Shown here: in pieces, positions 22,507-24,000 of the stretch
How the letters are laid out: the number at the start of each line of letters is the position of its first letter
Position numbering within the stretch: position 1 is the stretch's first letter
Origin: Eubacteriales bacterium
GTDB lineage: Bacteria > Bacillota > Clostridia > Oscillospirales > CAG-272
Length of the DNA stretch: 24,000 nt
Direction of reading: 5' to 3'
NCBI GenBank assembly: GCA_045646925.1
Contig: JAZRLQ010000163.1
Location: forward strand, 8,872-32,871
Translations under genes and position numbers: made by a program
The notes under the pieces: model-generated
The model's database searches: none
Told to the model about the DNA's origin: nothing
Seen by the model: the letters and a program-made list of their open reading frames with translations, nothing else

Positions 22507-24000
22507 ATGTTAGATGCACATTTGATTGCCGAGACGCGTCCTCAGGTTCGTCCCGAGAACGTCGTTTTGTTCGGAGATTACCGTATCAGCGTACTTGCTG
22601 ACAGACTTTTCCGAATCGAAAAAGATGAAAAGAGAGAATTTTGCGACGAAGCGACCGAAGCCGTTTGGTTTCGCGATATGGCGCCCGTGTCGTTTACCGT
22701 TGAGGAAACGGAAGGTGGCGTGAATATCAAGACGGCGCGCGTAACGCTCGCATTCAGAGATAAATTGGAAGAAAGCTACGTATTGCTCGACGGCGAAAAG
22801 AAGCCCTTGAACAACGAGGGCAACCTCCGCGGTACGTACAGCACGCTCGACCGTTGCAACGGCGACGATTACATGGAGACTGACGGCGTGACCGTTCTGC
22901 GCCAGATCGAGCTTGATTACGGCGTTGTATCGAAGAGCGGCGTTGCCGTTCTCGATTATACGAGATCCTCCGTTCTGAAGCAGGACGGTATGATCACCAG
23001 AGAAAGAAACGACGAGCTTGATATCTACGTATTCGCTTACGGCCACGATTACAGAGCGGCGGTTCAGGCTTACTACATGATCTGCGGTGAAACGCCCCGT
23101 ATCCCCCGTTACGCCTTCGGTAACTGGTGGAGCCGTTACTACGCGTACACGGAAGAGGAATACATCAACGTTATGGAGCGTATGGAGGACCGCGACATTC
23201 CGCTGACCGTTGCTACTGTGGATATGGACTGGCACTGGTCGACTACACTCGACAAGGTGAAGAAGATCACCGAAAGCGGAAAGAACGACGAATTTCACGG
23301 CGGCAGAAGCGGTTGGACGGGCTATAGCTGGAACACCGACCTTTTCCCCGATTACAAGCGTTTTTTGAAGCGCCTGCAGGACAAGGGACTCAAGGTAACG
23401 CTGAATCTCCATCCCGCGACGGGCGTTCGTTATTTCGAGGATATGTATGAGGAAATGGCGACCGAGATGGGCATCGATCCCAAGACGGAAGCGCCCGTTC
23501 GTATCGATTTTACCTCCGATAAATTCATCAACGCATATTTCAAGATCCTTCACAAGCCCTATGAGCATGACGGCGTGGACTTCTGGTGGATCGACTGGCA
23601 GCAGGGCCCCCGCGCAAAAGCGCAGGGCATCGATATCATGTGGGTTCTCAATCACTATCACACGTTGGATAACGGCAAGGAGCATATGCCCCTCATTCTT
23701 TCCCGTTACTCCGGCCTCGGCGCGCACCGCTACCCGCTCGGTTTCTCCGGTGATACCATGATCACTTGGAAAACGCTCGCTTATCTGCCTTACTTCACGG
23801 CAAACGCGACCAATATCGGCTTTACCTGGTGGAGCCACGATATCGGTGGTCACTTCAACGGCGCGAAGGATGACGAGCTTTACGTTCGTTCCGTTCAGTT
23901 CGGCGTATTCAGCCCGATCAATCGTCTCCACTGCACCTCCGCGCGTTATATGACGAAGGAGCCCTCCTATTACATGAACGGCACGGGACTCGTTGCGGAA
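22507..24000 (+). CDS. Glycoside hydrolase family 31, 3'-truncated by the window edge (at least 498 aa)
   Basis: Not in the ORF track because it has no in-window stop. I translated frame 1 from the ATG at 22507 (RBS AAAGGAAG) to 24000 and found no stop. PRYAFGNWWSRYYAYTEEEY, IPLTVATVDMDWHW, DFWWIDWQQG (nucleophile region), SRYSGLGAHRYPLGFSGDT, WWSHDIGGH, VQFGVFSPINRLH. Confidence 0.85.
   Translation, partial: MLDAHLIAETRPQVRPENVVLFGDYRISVLADRLFRIEKDEKREFCDEATEAVWFRDMAPVSFTVEETEGGVNIKTARVTLAFRDKLEESYVLLDGEKKPLNNEGNLRGTYSTLDRCNGDDYMETDGVTVLRQIELDYGVVSKSGVAVLDYTRSSVLKQDGMITRERNDELDIYVFAYGHDYRAAVQAYYMICGETPRIPRYAFGNWWSRYYAYTEEEYINVMERMEDRDIPLTVATVDMDWHWSTTLDKVKKITESGKNDEFHGGRSGWTGYSWNTDLFPDYKRFLKRLQDKGLKVTLNLHPATGVRYFEDMYEEMATEMGIDPKTEAPVRIDFTSDKFINAYFKILHKPYEHDGVDFWWIDWQQGPRAKAQGIDIMWVLNHYHTLDNGKEHMPLILSRYSGLGAHRYPLGFSGDTMITWKTLAYLPYFTANATNIGFTWWSHDIGGHFNGAKDDELYVRSVQFGVFSPINRLHCTSARYMTKEPSYYMNGTGLVAE

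Noticed and set aside
22510-23931. 473-aa ORF on the minus strand, the only track ORF covering this region
   Set aside because: The + strand frame 1 from 22507 is open to the window end and encodes clear GH31 motifs (WIDWQQG, WWSHDIGGH), with an RBS and promoter. The minus-strand ORF has no recognisable motif.
1-24000. Search for tRNA, rRNA, CRISPR arrays, IS elements, integrases, inverted terminal repeats and toxin-antitoxin pairs
   Set aside because: I saw no cloverleaf-like or rRNA-like segments, no spaced direct repeats, and no transposase or recombinase motifs in any frame. The absence is by eye only and should be confirmed with tRNAscan-SE, Infernal, ISEScan and minCED.

Overview
Clostridia-like (Firmicutes) chromosomal segment. 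The signs are GGAGG-type RBSs, TTG/GTG starts, consensus sigma-A promoters, hairpin plus T-tract terminators, and an AgrD closely resembling that of Clostridium perfringens. All 19 genes I can support lie on the + strand; every long minus-strand ORF in the track looks like an antisense artefact. Four blocks are present. (1) 2-5068: a giant secreted protein, 5'-truncated by the window edge, followed by a TasA/camelysin-like protein with a SipW-type signal peptide. (2) 5116-12490: one operon bounded by a consensus promoter and a strong terminator. It opens with a candidate c-di-GMP-I (GEMM) riboswitch whose 3' strand overlaps a terminator hairpin. It then encodes a SipW-type signal peptidase, a membrane-anchored McrB-like AAA+ GTPase, a 602-aa partner in the McrC position with a ~105-aa E/R/A-rich helix, a second SipW-type peptidase (ATGA overlap), and a sensor protein with a degenerate GGDEF and an intact EAL domain. 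(3) 12592-16464: a consensus promoter, two small polytopic membrane proteins, agrB, an agrD small ORF absent from the ORF track (14533-14658, predicted ring CFWWI), a terminator, and then a 6-TM GGDEF/HD-GYP enzyme. No agrC/agrA or any other two-component system occurs in the window. (4) 16498-24000: MoxR/DUF58/DUF4129-like triad, a Gfo/Idh/MocA oxidoreductase, a Cys-rich FliB-like protein coupled to a GH43 hydrolase, and a 3'-truncated GH31 hydrolase that the ORF track also missed. The most interesting candidates are the riboswitch-gated SipW/TM-McrB-like/partner/SipW module and the apparent wiring of an orphan Agr peptide system to c-di-GMP enzymes. All family calls come from motifs read by eye and need HMM or structure searches. 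No tRNA, rRNA, CRISPR array, transposase or integrase was seen.
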